DNA from: Methylophaga frappieri
GTDB taxonomy: Bacteria > Pseudomonadota > Gammaproteobacteria > Nitrosococcales > Methylophagaceae
DNA length: 32,000 bases
NCBI RefSeq assembly: GCF_000260965.1
Contig: NC_017856.1
Span: 1,590,001-1,622,000 of the forward strand
Direction: 5' to 3'
Shown: in pieces, positions 16,207 through 25,952 of the stretch
Position numbering within the stretch: the first letter of the stretch is position 1
Layout of the letters: each line of letters begins with the position of its first letter
Translations under genes and position numbers: made by a program
Notes under the pieces: model-generated
The model's input: the letters and a program-made list of their open reading frames with translations, nothing else
What the model was told of the DNA's origin: nothing
Databases searched by the model: none

Positions 16207-17130
16207 TTACTTTACTTTGGCGGCACGTCTTTGCTTACGCAATGCTTTCTTTTCCGCTTTTTCTGCCCGAATTTTTACCAGTTGTGCTTGCTCTTCAAGC
16301 ATCATCTCAGGGGTTTCTAAAGTGACTGGACAAATTTTTCCTGCACGGAGTTCAGTTAACATTAACTTGCTGATTCTGTCGAAATCAGCACTGCCGCCGC
16401 GCTGTAAGCAACCCCGCTTTGCCGCCATAGCAGTGATTAACAACAAATCATCATGAGAAAGCGTATCCAATAAAAATCGTTGTTTTAAGGCTTGGGGATA
16501 GGTTTTTCTTAAATAACTCACCGCATACAGCGCAATATCTATATTTTCAAAGGCGGTTTCTTTTATCGCGCCGGTTATCGCAAGCCGATACCCTGTGCCA
16601 GGGTTTTCCAAGTTTGGCCACAACATGCCTGGCGTGTCATGTAACACCAGTCGGTCACCCACTTTGATACGTTGTTGCATTTTTGTAATAGCAGGCTCGT
16701 TACCCGTTTTTGCAATGGCGCGGCCAGAGAGCAGATTTATCAACGTTGATTTCCCGACATTTGGAATCCCCATAATCAACGCTTGTATCTTTTTACTGTT
16801 TTCTGACTTGGCTGGTACCAGTTTTTCTGCAAGCTGCAGAATAAGCTGCCGACTGTCACCTTGCAGAGCGGTTATTGCCAGCGTTTTGACACCTTGATCC
16901 CGCTCCAGAAAAGTCTGCCATTGTTGGGTCAACTGCGGATCAGCCAGATCTGCCTTATTTAATATTTTCAAGCACGGCTTGCCATCGCCCAGTCTTTCAA
17001 GCAATGGGTTAGCACTACTGAAGGGAATACGGGCATCCAGCACTTCAATCACCAGATCTACTTCTGGCAGACGTTTCTTTATTTCTTGTCCGGCTTTATA
17101 CATATGTCCCGGATACCACTGAATTGCCAT
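16207..17130 (-). CDS. rbgA: Ribosome biogenesis GTPase YlqF/RbgA (circularly permuted GTPase)
   Basis: It has WYPGHMYKA, with G4 NKADL preceding G1 GIPNVGKSTLIN and DTPG. The SD is GAAGAGG. Confidence 0.9.
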   Translation of the reverse strand: MAIQWYPGHMYKAGQEIKKRLPEVDLVIEVLDARIPFSSANPLLERLGDGKPCLKILNKADLADPQLTQQWQTFLERDQGVKTLAITALQGDSRQLILQLAEKLVPAKSENSKKIQALIMGIPNVGKSTLINLLSGRAIAKTGNEPAITKMQQRIKVGDRLVLHDTPGMLWPNLENPGTGYRLAITGAIKETAFENIDIALYAVSYLRKTYPQALKQRFLLDTLSHDDLLLITAMAAKRGCLQRGGSADFDRISKLMLTELRAGKICPVTLETPEMMLEEQAQLVKIRAEKAEKKALRKQRRAAKVK

Positions 17131-17316
17131 TTTTGCCTCTTCTGTCTTATGCTTTGTCGTTATTTATTATAAGCCTATAGACACTCGGTGCCGCGAAATA
17201 GCTGTGGCAAAGCGCTTATTACTTAATTCAAACACAATCTTAATCTTGGCCCGCTATAATGCCAGCGTAAATCATCGTGTCAGAGATAACTCGCCATTGT
17301 CAGAGAAACGTCCTCC

Positions 17317-17709
17317 ATGTTGCCAGCTCGACTGAAGCATTACTTCCTGTTCTGCTGTGGTTGGCTGTGTGTCATTCTCGGTTTAATCGGCGCACTTTTG
17401 CCTGTGGTGCCAACCACACCATTTATGATTCTGGCGCTTGCCTGTTTTGCTGAAACCTCGCCGAAATTTCATCGCATGTTGCTCAATAACCGGTGGATCG
17501 GCCCACCGCTTAAGCAGTGGGACCAAACCAGAACGGTACGTCGTCAAACCAAATTACAAGCCGTTGTAATGTTGGTAATTGCATTTAGTTTTTCGATTGG
17601 TTTCTTGTGGGGCGAATGGCTCTATCAACTGGCTTTGCTGGCTTTGGCAACGCTCATGATTGGCTTTGTACTCCACCTGAAAGAAGCCGAACCTAAATTT
17701 GAAAATTAA
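17317..17709 (+). CDS. ybaN: YbaN-family (DUF454) inner-membrane protein
   Basis: GLIGALLPVVPTTPFMILALACFAETSPKFHRMLLNNRW is typical of the family. Confidence 0.8.
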   Translation: MLPARLKHYFLFCCGWLCVILGLIGALLPVVPTTPFMILALACFAETSPKFHRMLLNNRWIGPPLKQWDQTRTVRRQTKLQAVVMLVIAFSFSIGFLWGEWLYQLALLALATLMIGFVLHLKEAEPKFEN

Positions 17710-17784
17710 ACTGGGTCATCCTGCAAAAAACCAGAGATGGCTCAACACCTCACTCTATTTTGATTATTGCGTGGAGCAGAAATA

Positions 17785-18129
17785 ATGGAACTCACTACCT
17801 ACCTCAGTCTTCTTGAAACCCAGCCTGAGCGCATTCGTTTTACAGATACGATGGCGGTCATTGACGCTAATTATGATTTCACACCGACCGCCTTTAAAAA
17901 TGCAGGCTTGGAAAACCAGGCTGGTGAAAATAACGGATCTTGTAAAATTTTCGCTTTTGGTCTGTTACAAGATCTTAATGAGGCACAAACGTTAGCTTGT
18001 TTTGGAGACTACTACCGAAAAGAGGTGTTGTTACAACCACAAGGCAGTGATCATCAAAACATCCGGCATTTTTTAAAACATGGCTGGGATGGCATCAGCT
18101 TTGCCGCTGAACCCCTAACAAAAAAATAA
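17785..18129 (+). CDS. HopJ-family protein (type III effector HopJ-like domain)
   Basis: ATG 17785 has GGAG 8 nt upstream. IRFTDTMAVIDANYDFTPTAFKNAGLENQAGENNGSCKIFAFG...HQNIRHFLKHGW matches my recollection of the HopJ (PF08888) family. Confidence 0.75.
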   Translation: MELTTYLSLLETQPERIRFTDTMAVIDANYDFTPTAFKNAGLENQAGENNGSCKIFAFGLLQDLNEAQTLACFGDYYRKEVLLQPQGSDHQNIRHFLKHGWDGISFAAEPLTKK

Positions 18130-18275
18130 GGTGTTCTCGCATAAGCAGTGAAAATTATTTCGCTCTGACACCACAAAAAAACGGTTAGCACTATCCATGT
18201 TTTACTCAAAAGATAACGCTTCGTGTTAGAATTCTGGCATTTTTTCGCCCACCACTTAAACACAGATATCACGCA

Positions 18276-19505
18276 ATGGAATTACAACCTTATAAGAAGT
18301 CCGAAACACGCTTTTTGCTGTTGGAAGGCGTGCATAGAAATGCGGTTGAAGCCCTTGAAAAGGCCGGATACACCAATATTGAATATATTTCTCATGCCCT
18401 TGATGAAGCGGCATTGATTGAAAAAATCAAAGGGGCGCGTTTTGTCGGCATCCGCTCAAGAACCCAGTTAACCGAAAAGGTTATTAATGCAGCAGACCGA
18501 TTGACCGCCATTGGCTGTTTTTGTATTGGCACAAACCAGGTGGATTTGGAAGCCGCAAAAATGCGCGGTATCCCCGTATTTAATGCGCCATATTCCAATA
18601 CCCGTTCTGTTGCAGAGTTAGTGATCGGTCAGTTGATACTGATGCTCAGAGGTATTCCGGAAAAAAGCTGGCATGTTCACAACGGCACCTGGCCAAAAAC
18701 AGCAGCTAATGCCTATGAAGCTCGCGGTAAAACCCTCGGCATCGTTGGCTATGGCAGCATTGGTTCACAACTGTCTGTACTCGCCGAAGGGCTTGGTATG
18801 AATGTCATTTATTACGATGTGGTGACCAAGCTGCCGCTAGGTAATGCCAGCCAGATTGACAGCATGGACGAACTGCTGCGCACATCAGATGTTGTCTCGC
18901 TGCATGTGCCTGAACTTGAGTCAACCAAAAATATGATGACCAAGGTCGAATTTAACAAAATGAAGTCTGGTGCCATTTTCATCAATGCCGCCCGAGGTAC
19001 CTGTGTCAAAATTGAAGATCTGGTCACCGCGCTGGATGAAAAACGCTTATCTGGCGCCGCCATTGATGTTTTTCCATCTGAACCAAAATCGAACGAAGAG
19101 CCATTAGAATCGCCACTTCGTGGTTACCCGAACGTTATTCTGACCCCACATATCGGGGGGTCAACCGTTGAAGCGCAGGCAAATATTGGTTTGGAAGTCG
19201 CAGACAAGTTTGTTCAATTTGCACAAAGTGGCACCACGGTATCGGCCGTCAATTTCCCGCAAATTGCGTTGACGGCCAGACCCAATACACATCGTTTGCT
19301 GCATATCCATCATAATCAGCCCGGCGTGCTCTCCAATGTCAACCGGCTGTTTGCCGAGCATGATATTAATATTCTGGCGCAAAGCATGACAACCAAGGAT
19401 GAAATTGGTTATTTGCTGATTGATGTTGCCGAGTTTGATTCCACCCTGGCCTATGAGCATTTGCAAAGCGTTGAAGGCACCATTCGTCTCAGAGTTCTAT
19501 ATTAA
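18276..19505 (+). CDS. serA: D-3-phosphoglycerate dehydrogenase with a C-terminal ACT domain
   Basis: 409 aa, collinear with E. coli SerA (FLLLEGVH, CFCIGTNQVDL, NAPYSNTRSVAEL, GIVGYGSIGSQL, TPHIGGST, ...IRLRVLY). Confidence 0.95.
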   Translation: MELQPYKKSETRFLLLEGVHRNAVEALEKAGYTNIEYISHALDEAALIEKIKGARFVGIRSRTQLTEKVINAADRLTAIGCFCIGTNQVDLEAAKMRGIPVFNAPYSNTRSVAELVIGQLILMLRGIPEKSWHVHNGTWPKTAANAYEARGKTLGIVGYGSIGSQLSVLAEGLGMNVIYYDVVTKLPLGNASQIDSMDELLRTSDVVSLHVPELESTKNMMTKVEFNKMKSGAIFINAARGTCVKIEDLVTALDEKRLSGAAIDVFPSEPKSNEEPLESPLRGYPNVILTPHIGGSTVEAQANIGLEVADKFVQFAQSGTTVSAVNFPQIALTARPNTHRLLHIHHNQPGVLSNVNRLFAEHDINILAQSMTTKDEIGYLLIDVAEFDSTLAYEHLQSVEGTIRLRVLY

Positions 19506-19512
19506 CGGCGTA

Positions 19513-19546
19513 GCCTGTCTTTACCATCTTGATGGTAAAGACAGGC
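19513..19546. terminator. Perfect 16-bp hairpin between convergent serA and dld (bidirectional terminator candidate)
   Basis: GCCTGTCTTTACCATC-TT-GATGGTAAAGACAGGC. It lies 8 nt after the serA stop and 7 nt after the dld stop. The T-runs are weak. Confidence 0.6.
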
Positions 19547-19552
19547 ATCTCA

Positions 19553-21253
19553 TTATTCTGACCAGTGCTTGTTCTTGCTGGTTTTGCCTATCCCGGGATT
19601 AAATCCATTGGTGGGATCCAGTTTTCTGTAAAAAGTCTTTAACGCTGGCTTGGCATGATACTCATGCCCTACATTGTGTTCAGCGGGATATTCCGCGCCG
19701 CGGGCATCAAAAAATGCCAATAGCTGTTGTTTAAGCGCTTTGGCATCAACGCCTTTTTTCAAAATGTAATTTTGATGCATGACATGACAGAACAAGTGGC
19801 CAAGATATAATTTAGCTTCCAGTTTATCTTCAATCTCTTGCGGCAAAACTTCCAGCCATTGCTGTTCATTACGCTTTAAGGCCACATCAACCGTCATCAT
19901 CGGGCCAAACTGTTTGCGTTTAATCGTGTGATAACGGCCAACCGCGCCACCAGCAACGAACCGATGCAAAATCGCTTTCTCGCCCTCGGCAGGCGTACAT
20001 TCAAAATAGTCACCTTCATGCGACGCAAAAAAAGTCGATAAATACTGCCGGGCTTCTTCCACCCCGTCGTCATTCATTTCCAGAATCCAGTGATGTGCAA
20101 ACCGCTCACGAAACGCATCCATTTTTTTGGGCAAATGATTTGGCCAGAGATAACTCAGGTACTGCATAAGGTGGTCAGATAATTTAGCCGGCAAAAATTT
20201 AAAATTGCCGGCAATGCGATCTACCGTGCGTTTAAGCGAAAACAGTTTCGGAATGTACTTTGAACCCAGTTTATCAATAACCAAAAACGTGTCTTTGCCA
20301 TACTTTTTACAAACATCGTAATACTCACGGCTCAGATATTCTCCAGAAACAGGCAAGTTATCAAACTCAGACAAGATGTCACGTCGCATTTTTGCCAGCA
20401 CCGTACTGTCATTGGTACCGATATAAAACACCTGTTGCTTTTTCGCGATCGGATAGGTGTCCAGCCGTACCGCAAATACGGCGAGCTTGCCGGCACAACC
20501 CGATGCCTCATGCAACCGCCGACCATCATTGTTAAATCGGGCTGGCGTTTCTTCGTCTACTTGTCTGACCCGATGGTGATATTCATCATCTGACGCCCGT
20601 TTATCGGGATAATGAATATCTGTCTGGCGATAATTTTGTTGCTCCAGATTGGTCAGCATTGCTTCTGGCGTTTCGCCCAGATCAATTCCTAAATGATTAA
20701 CCAGTGATAAGGTGCCATCCGCCGCAATCTGCGCATACAATGACAGCTCGGTATAAGCGGGACCACGTTGCACCAGAGCGCCGCCGGAATTATTACAAAT
20801 ACCACCGACAATGGATGCCCCTATACAAGAGGAACCTATCACCGAATGCGGCTCTCGGCCATAGGGCGCCAATACGGTTTCCAGTCCAAACAAGGTACTA
20901 CCTGCCAAACCAATGATCTGTTTCGCATTATCAATCAGCTGAATTTGATCAATGCGCATAGTATTAATAATGACGATTGGTCGATCATACTGATTACCAT
21001 CCGGTGTGGAACCGCCAGTCAAACCGGTATTCGCCGCCTGCATGATGACAATCACATCAGCAGCAACACACTGCTGCAACAATTGCCATACCTGTAGCAA
21101 GGTCGCCGGTCTGGCTACCGCTAACGCTTCACCCTCTCCAAAGCGAAAGCCCTTGCAATAAGGTTGAATTTTGGCAGGTGCTGTCAACACATAACGTTTG
21201 CCAACAATACTTTTTAAAGACGCTAATAATGGCTCGTGCTCTGGGTTTATCAT
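19553..21253 (-). CDS. dld: Quinone-dependent D-lactate dehydrogenase (FAD-binding)
   Basis: 566 aa, collinear with E. coli Dld (YCKGFRFGEGEALAV, MQAANTGLTGGSTP). Confidence 0.9.
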   Translation of the reverse strand: MINPEHEPLLASLKSIVGKRYVLTAPAKIQPYCKGFRFGEGEALAVARPATLLQVWQLLQQCVAADVIVIMQAANTGLTGGSTPDGNQYDRPIVIINTMRIDQIQLIDNAKQIIGLAGSTLFGLETVLAPYGREPHSVIGSSCIGASIVGGICNNSGGALVQRGPAYTELSLYAQIAADGTLSLVNHLGIDLGETPEAMLTNLEQQNYRQTDIHYPDKRASDDEYHHRVRQVDEETPARFNNDGRRLHEASGCAGKLAVFAVRLDTYPIAKKQQVFYIGTNDSTVLAKMRRDILSEFDNLPVSGEYLSREYYDVCKKYGKDTFLVIDKLGSKYIPKLFSLKRTVDRIAGNFKFLPAKLSDHLMQYLSYLWPNHLPKKMDAFRERFAHHWILEMNDDGVEEARQYLSTFFASHEGDYFECTPAEGEKAILHRFVAGGAVGRYHTIKRKQFGPMMTVDVALKRNEQQWLEVLPQEIEDKLEAKLYLGHLFCHVMHQNYILKKGVDAKALKQQLLAFFDARGAEYPAEHNVGHEYHAKPALKTFYRKLDPTNGFNPGIGKTSKNKHWSE

Positions 21254-21367
21254 CTTTGGTTTCTATTGATTTGTCAGGTTATCCACGACACTATTCTATC
21301 ACGACGATGTAGAATGCCATCTGGTTCGCTTCAAGACACACCAGATCGTTAAGTCAGGATATTACGC

Positions 21368-22165
21368 ATGCCCTTTCTGCACATTTTGCTGTTGGCTCTG
21401 CTTCAGGGCATGACGGAGTTTTTACCTATTTCCAGCTCAGCACACCTCATTTTGTTGCCGATGCTGGCCGATTGGCAAGATCAAGGCTTGGCCTTTGATG
21501 TTGCCGTGCATGTCGGTACGCTCAGCGCCATTGTTTTTTATTTTCGCGGTCAGCTGAAAAGCCTCATCCTGGATTGGACAAACTCAGTTCTTAAACAACG
21601 GCATATTGGTGATAGCCGCTTAGCATGGGCGGTGGGCATCGCGACCATTCCCGTTGGCATTGCCGGACTTTTTTTTAACGATGCCATCGAGTTTATGTTA
21701 CGCAACCCTTTAGTCATCGCAACCACCACCATCGTCTTTGGCATCTTACTGGGACTGGCTGACTGGTGGGGTAAACGACGCCGTGATGAACACCAATTAC
21801 GATGGCTTGATATCATCATTATTGGCTGTGCCCAAGCACTAGCTCTTATTCCTGGTACATCCCGCAGCGGCATCACTATGACGGCGGGTCTCATGCTGGG
21901 TCTGACACGTCAGGCGGCGGCCCGGTTTTCTTTTTTATTGTCTATTCCGGTCATCCTTCTGGCTGGCGGCCTAAAAACTGTTCAATTGGTCGTTGCGGAT
22001 AGTCCAACAGATTGGATGGTTTTGTTCAGTGGCGCCCTGTTTTCAGCAATCAGTGCCTATTTATGTGTGGTCATTTTTATGAAAATGCTGGATCATATCG
22101 GTATGTGGCCTTTTGTCGTTTATCGACTGATTCTTGGCGGCGTGCTGTTCTGGTTATTTCTATGA
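21368..22165 (+). CDS. uppP: Undecaprenyl-diphosphate phosphatase
   Basis: It has LQGMTEFLPISSSAHL and PGTSRSGITM motifs and is a multi-TM protein of 265 aa. Confidence 0.95.
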   Translation: MPFLHILLLALLQGMTEFLPISSSAHLILLPMLADWQDQGLAFDVAVHVGTLSAIVFYFRGQLKSLILDWTNSVLKQRHIGDSRLAWAVGIATIPVGIAGLFFNDAIEFMLRNPLVIATTTIVFGILLGLADWWGKRRRDEHQLRWLDIIIIGCAQALALIPGTSRSGITMTAGLMLGLTRQAAARFSFLLSIPVILLAGGLKTVQLVVADSPTDWMVLFSGALFSAISAYLCVVIFMKMLDHIGMWPFVVYRLILGGVLFWLFL

Positions 22166-22171
22166 TAGCTG

Positions 22172-22200
22172 TTGACAGACTGGGATTGTGTCCGTAATAT
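22172..22200 (+). promoter_or_regulatory. Near-consensus sigma70 promoter of rplM-rpsI (TTGACA, 17-nt spacer, TAATAT)
   Basis: TTGACA is at 22172-22177 and TAATAT at 22195-22200, 51 nt upstream of the rplM ATG. Confidence 0.7.
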
Positions 22201-22251
22201 TCTCCCTCTTTATTTAGACCGCCTGCGTATTTTTCTGGAGCAACCTGCGGA

Positions 22252-22680
22252 ATGAAAACCATAAGTGCAAAACCAGCCGAAGTTCGTCGTGACTGGTTCG
22301 TTATTGACGCGACCGGCAAAACGCTGGGTCGTATGGCAACCGAAATCGCCCGCCGTCTGCGTGGCAAACATAAAGCGATCTATACGCCGCATGTCGATAC
22401 TGGTGACTATATCGTTGTAATCAATGCTGAAAAACTGCGTGTTTCTGGTAATAAAATGCAAGATAAAATTTATTATCATCACACTGGTCACATCGGCGGC
22501 ATTAAATCAATTTCTCTGGCAAAACAGCTGGACAAAGCACCAGAGCGTGTTATCCAGACAGCGGTTAAAGGCATGTTGCCGAAAAATCCGCTGGGTCGTG
22601 CCATGTTCAGCAAGCTTAAAGTTTATGCTGGCGAAGCACACCCTCATGTTGCCCAACAACCTAAAATGCTGGAAATTTAA
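22252..22680 (+). CDS. rplM: 50S ribosomal protein L13
   Basis: [41 protein letters not shown] is the canonical L13 N-terminus. Confidence 0.97.
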   Translation: MKTISAKPAEVRRDWFVIDATGKTLGRMATEIARRLRGKHKAIYTPHVDTGDYIVVINAEKLRVSGNKMQDKIYYHHTGHIGGIKSISLAKQLDKAPERVIQTAVKGMLPKNPLGRAMFSKLKVYAGEAHPHVAQQPKMLEI

Positions 22681-22691
22681 CGGATATCCCC

Positions 22692-23081
22692 ATGGCAGAT
22701 TTATATTACGCAACCGGCCGTCGCAAAAGCTCAACAGCGCGTGTTTTCCTGAAACCAGGCAGCGGTAACATCACTATCAATACCCGTAGTCTTGAAGACT
22801 ATTTTGGTCGTGAAACATCTCGCATGGTCGTTCGCCAACCACTTGAATTGGTTGAAATGCTCGACAAGGTTGACTTGAAAATCACCGTTCGTGGTGGTGG
22901 TAATAATGGTCAAGCCGGTGCTATCCGTCATGGTATTAGCCGGGCACTGGTTGAGCTTGATAATGAATTGAAAACTGACTTGCGCAAAGCTGGCTTCATT
23001 ACACGTGATGCGCGTGCCGTCGAACGTAAAAAAATCGGTCTTCACAAAGCACGCAAGAGACCACAATTTTCCAAACGTTAA
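22692..23081 (+). CDS. rpsI: 30S ribosomal protein S9
   Basis: [21 protein letters not shown]...[18 protein letters not shown] is canonical S9. Confidence 0.97.
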   Translation: MADLYYATGRRKSSTARVFLKPGSGNITINTRSLEDYFGRETSRMVVRQPLELVEMLDKVDLKITVRGGGNNGQAGAIRHGISRALVELDNELKTDLRKAGFITRDARAVERKKIGLHKARKRPQFSKR

Positions 23082-23108
23082 TTGTTGGTATCATTCACAG
23101 CTTTTCAA

Positions 23109-23134
23109 AGCCACCTTCGGGTGGCTTTTTTTTG
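23109..23134 (+). terminator. Rho-independent terminator of rplM-rpsI
   Basis: AGCCACC-TTCG-GGTGGCT followed by a T8 run. Confidence 0.9.
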
Positions 23135-23193
23135 CTCTTTAAAAAAAAGTGTGATAAATAGATTACAAAAACTTATTTGTCAGAGGATCGCTT

Positions 23194-23676
23194 ATGTCAC
23201 GTATCTCAGTCTTATCCTTTGCCGTCTTATTGTTTGTTTTTGTCACACCAACTCGCGCTGAAGACGCCCCGGAGTTTGTCCTGTCTGGTGGTGCTTTTGA
23301 AGCTTTTGCAACCCAACGCAGTGCCGAATTCGGTTTGGCTTATCGTTTTAGCCCGAGAAAATGGTCGTTAATTCCAGAAATCGGTTTGTCTGCAAATAGC
23401 GATGGCGGCTATTGGGCGCATCTGGGGCTGCGTTATGATTTACAACTGAATCAAAAGTGGCTAATAACACCACAACTGGCCCTCGTCGGGTATGAAAATG
23501 GCGGCGGTGAAGATCTGGGCAGTGGGTTACTTTTTCGGAGTGGGATAGAACTGGGTTATCGCCTGACATCAGGATCAAAGTTAGCGATAACGCTTTATCA
23601 CTTATCTAACGCCGGGTTATCGGGAAATAATCCAGGTTCAGAGTCAGTGATTCTTAGTTACAGTTTTACCCGCTGA
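23194..23676 (+). CDS. pagL: Outer-membrane lipid A 3-O-deacylase (PagL-like acyloxyacyl hydrolase)
   Basis: It has a signal peptide (…PTRA/ED), a beta-barrel-like alternating sequence, the catalytic block YHLSNAGLSGNNPGSES (H-x-S-N ... E) and a C-terminal aromatic residue motif SYSFTR. The SD is GAGGA. Confidence 0.7.
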   Translation: MSRISVLSFAVLLFVFVTPTRAEDAPEFVLSGGAFEAFATQRSAEFGLAYRFSPRKWSLIPEIGLSANSDGGYWAHLGLRYDLQLNQKWLITPQLALVGYENGGGEDLGSGLLFRSGIELGYRLTSGSKLAITLYHLSNAGLSGNNPGSESVILSYSFTR

Positions 23677-23687
23677 TCCATGCAAAT

Positions 23688-24608
23688 TTATTTATAAAGT
23701 TGGCCGCGCCCTTCTGGCTGTGTTTTAAACCGTCGGTGAACCCATAAGTATTGTTCAGGAGCCAGTTTGACTTGCTGCTCTACCCAATCGTTTATGCGTT
23801 GTGCATCAGCCAACTCATCATCGCTGGGAAAGTTGTCCAAGGCGGGACCAATATCAATCTGATAGCGGCCATTGGCCAAACGTCTCGGCACATAGGGCAC
23901 CACCGCTGCACCACTCATTTTTGCAATCCGTGCTGTCGCCGGAATGGTCGCCGCTTTAACACCAAAAAAAGTGGCAAACACGCTGGTTCGCCGACCAAAA
24001 TCCTGATCGGGCGCATACCAAACCACCTTGTTTTTTCTTAGAGCACGTAACATACCGCGCATATCTGCTTGTAATATGGTGCCTTCACTATGGTATTTTC
24101 GATATTTGAGCATGACTGCATTGAACAATGGACTTTTCAGTTCTCTGAACATGATGTAAGCAGGTTGTTTGAGGAGGATTAAGCGCCCTCCTAACTCCAT
24201 ACTGGTAAAGTGACCTGTCAGTAACAATACACCTTTGCCCTTAGCTAACGCTTCTTGTAAATGCTGTAAACCATGATAATCAACACGCTTTGCGAGCGCC
24301 TCATCACTCCCCCACCAGCTTAATGCCGTCTCAATTGGCATCATGCCCATGGTTTGCATCGTTTTATGCAATAGATGATGCCGTTGTTGAGGCGTCAAAT
24401 CGGGAAAACATAACGCCAAGTTGCGCTTGGCAATATCAGCGCGATCTCTGGCAAACCACCACATCATTTGACCAATCACCTTTCCAGCGAATCGTTGCCC
24501 CATAACCGGCAACAATGCTGATAGACGCATTAAACTGAGTCCAATCCAGCTAAACCAGTGCCGTGGGTGCCAATAAGTGACAAACAGTGATTTCATAATG
24601 GCAGTCAT
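23688..24608 (-). CDS. lpxL: Lipid A biosynthesis late (lauroyl/myristoyl) acyltransferase, LpxL/HtrB family
   Basis: 306 aa. The N-terminus is HPRHWFSWIGL, followed by NLALCFPDLTPQQR and the acyltransferase H-x4-E block (TGHFTSMELG). Confidence 0.85.
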   Translation of the reverse strand: MTAIMKSLFVTYWHPRHWFSWIGLSLMRLSALLPVMGQRFAGKVIGQMMWWFARDRADIAKRNLALCFPDLTPQQRHHLLHKTMQTMGMMPIETALSWWGSDEALAKRVDYHGLQHLQEALAKGKGVLLLTGHFTSMELGGRLILLKQPAYIMFRELKSPLFNAVMLKYRKYHSEGTILQADMRGMLRALRKNKVVWYAPDQDFGRRTSVFATFFGVKAATIPATARIAKMSGAAVVPYVPRRLANGRYQIDIGPALDNFPSDDELADAQRINDWVEQQVKLAPEQYLWVHRRFKTQPEGRGQLYK

Positions 24609-24671
24609 CTGTAAAAACGCGCCTATGCTATCATTTCACGTCATTTCTCGCCCAACTGAAACCAATGTGAG

Positions 24672-25952
24672 TTGAATTTGAGGTTACTTTACACACTGCT
24701 TTTTTATCTGGCTTTGCCATTTATCCTGCTTAGATTGATCTGGCGAGGGATTAAGGCACCTGACTATTTTAAACGCTGGCCAGAACGCTTTGGTTTTGTC
24801 GCAAAGAGAAAATCACACAGTCCGCTAATTTGGGTACACGCAGTATCAGTGGGTGAAGTTGAAGCCAGTCGTCCACTCATTAATGGACTTCGTAAGCAAT
24901 ACCCCAATCATCAATTATTGATTACCACGATGACGCCAACCGGCAGTGCGCGCGTCGGGCATTTGTTTGGCGATAAAGTTGAACACGTTTATTTACCCTA
25001 TGATCTCCCCTTCGCCATTCGGCGTTTTTTGAAAGCAATGCACCCTGTAATGGGGATCATTATGGAAACCGAACTTTGGCCAAATTTATTACTGTCGTGC
25101 CAACAGAAAAATATCCCCTTAACGCTGGCTAATGCCCGTTTATCAGCACGTAGCGCACGAGGCTACCAGCGTTTATCAGCGTTTAGTCAGCAAGTTATTA
25201 CTAGTCTGCCTTTGATAGCGACGCAAACCCAAGCTGACCGGAGCCGATTTCTTGCTCTGGGCGCAAAACCAGAAAACGTACACGCTATTGGTAACTTAAA
25301 ATATGAGATTGCTTTACCGGCCAGTTTGAATGAGCAAGCAGAAGCTATTCGATCAATGTGGGGTAATCGTTCTGTTTGGATTGCAGCCAGTACGCATGAT
25401 GGTGAGGAGGAAATTATTCTCAATGCAGCGAAACAAGTGCGTAGTCAATTTCCAGACTTATTATTACTGATTGTGCCAAGGCACCCAGAACGCTTTGATC
25501 GTGTTGCTGGATTATGTCGCCGGCATGGATTACATGTCTTACGTCGAAGCGAAAACAAACCGTGTACAAGCCGAACTCAGGTCATGGTAGTTGACACCAT
25601 GGGTGAGTTAACTCTGTTTTACCCGACCGCCGACGTTGCCTTTATTGGCGGCAGCCTGATACCCCATGGTGGACATAACCTGCTCGAGCCAGCAGCATTG
25701 GGGCGTGCTGTCATTACGGGTCCTCATTATTTTAATTTTACCGAAATTACCGAGTTATTTCTGGCCCAGTCAGCGGCAGTTAAAGTCAAAGCCGATGCTG
25801 CGAGTTTGGCCGAAGCCGTTTGTGCTTTATTTGCAGATCCAAAACGACGTTCCGAAATGGGGGAAGCAGGACTCGAAATCATTCGGAAGAACCAAGGTGC
25901 AAGTAACCGACTACTCAATCTAGTGAAGCGACATATTCTCGATGAAGGATGA
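24672..25952 (+). CDS. waaA: 3-deoxy-D-manno-octulosonic acid (Kdo) transferase
   Basis: WVHAVSVGE plus full-length KdtA-like sequence. The start is TTG 24672 (or TTG 24678). Confidence 0.9.
   Translation: MNLRLLYTLLFYLALPFILLRLIWRGIKAPDYFKRWPERFGFVAKRKSHSPLIWVHAVSVGEVEASRPLINGLRKQYPNHQLLITTMTPTGSARVGHLFGDKVEHVYLPYDLPFAIRRFLKAMHPVMGIIMETELWPNLLLSCQQKNIPLTLANARLSARSARGYQRLSAFSQQVITSLPLIATQTQADRSRFLALGAKPENVHAIGNLKYEIALPASLNEQAEAIRSMWGNRSVWIAASTHDGEEEIILNAAKQVRSQFPDLLLLIVPRHPERFDRVAGLCRRHGLHVLRRSENKPCTSRTQVMVVDTMGELTLFYPTADVAFIGGSLIPHGGHNLLEPAALGRAVITGPHYFNFTEITELFLAQSAAVKVKADAASLAEAVCALFADPKRRSEMGEAGLEIIRKNQGASNRLLNLVKRHILDEG

Noticed and set aside
21550-21894. 114-aa minus-strand ORF inside uppP
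   Set aside because: It is antisense to a highly conserved membrane enzyme gene, with a basic low-complexity translation typical of a shadow ORF.
22424-23066. 114-aa + frame ORF (22424..22768) and 111-aa antisense ORF (22731..23066) overlapping rplM and rpsI
   Set aside because: They overlap canonical ribosomal protein genes in other frames, so they are not credible.
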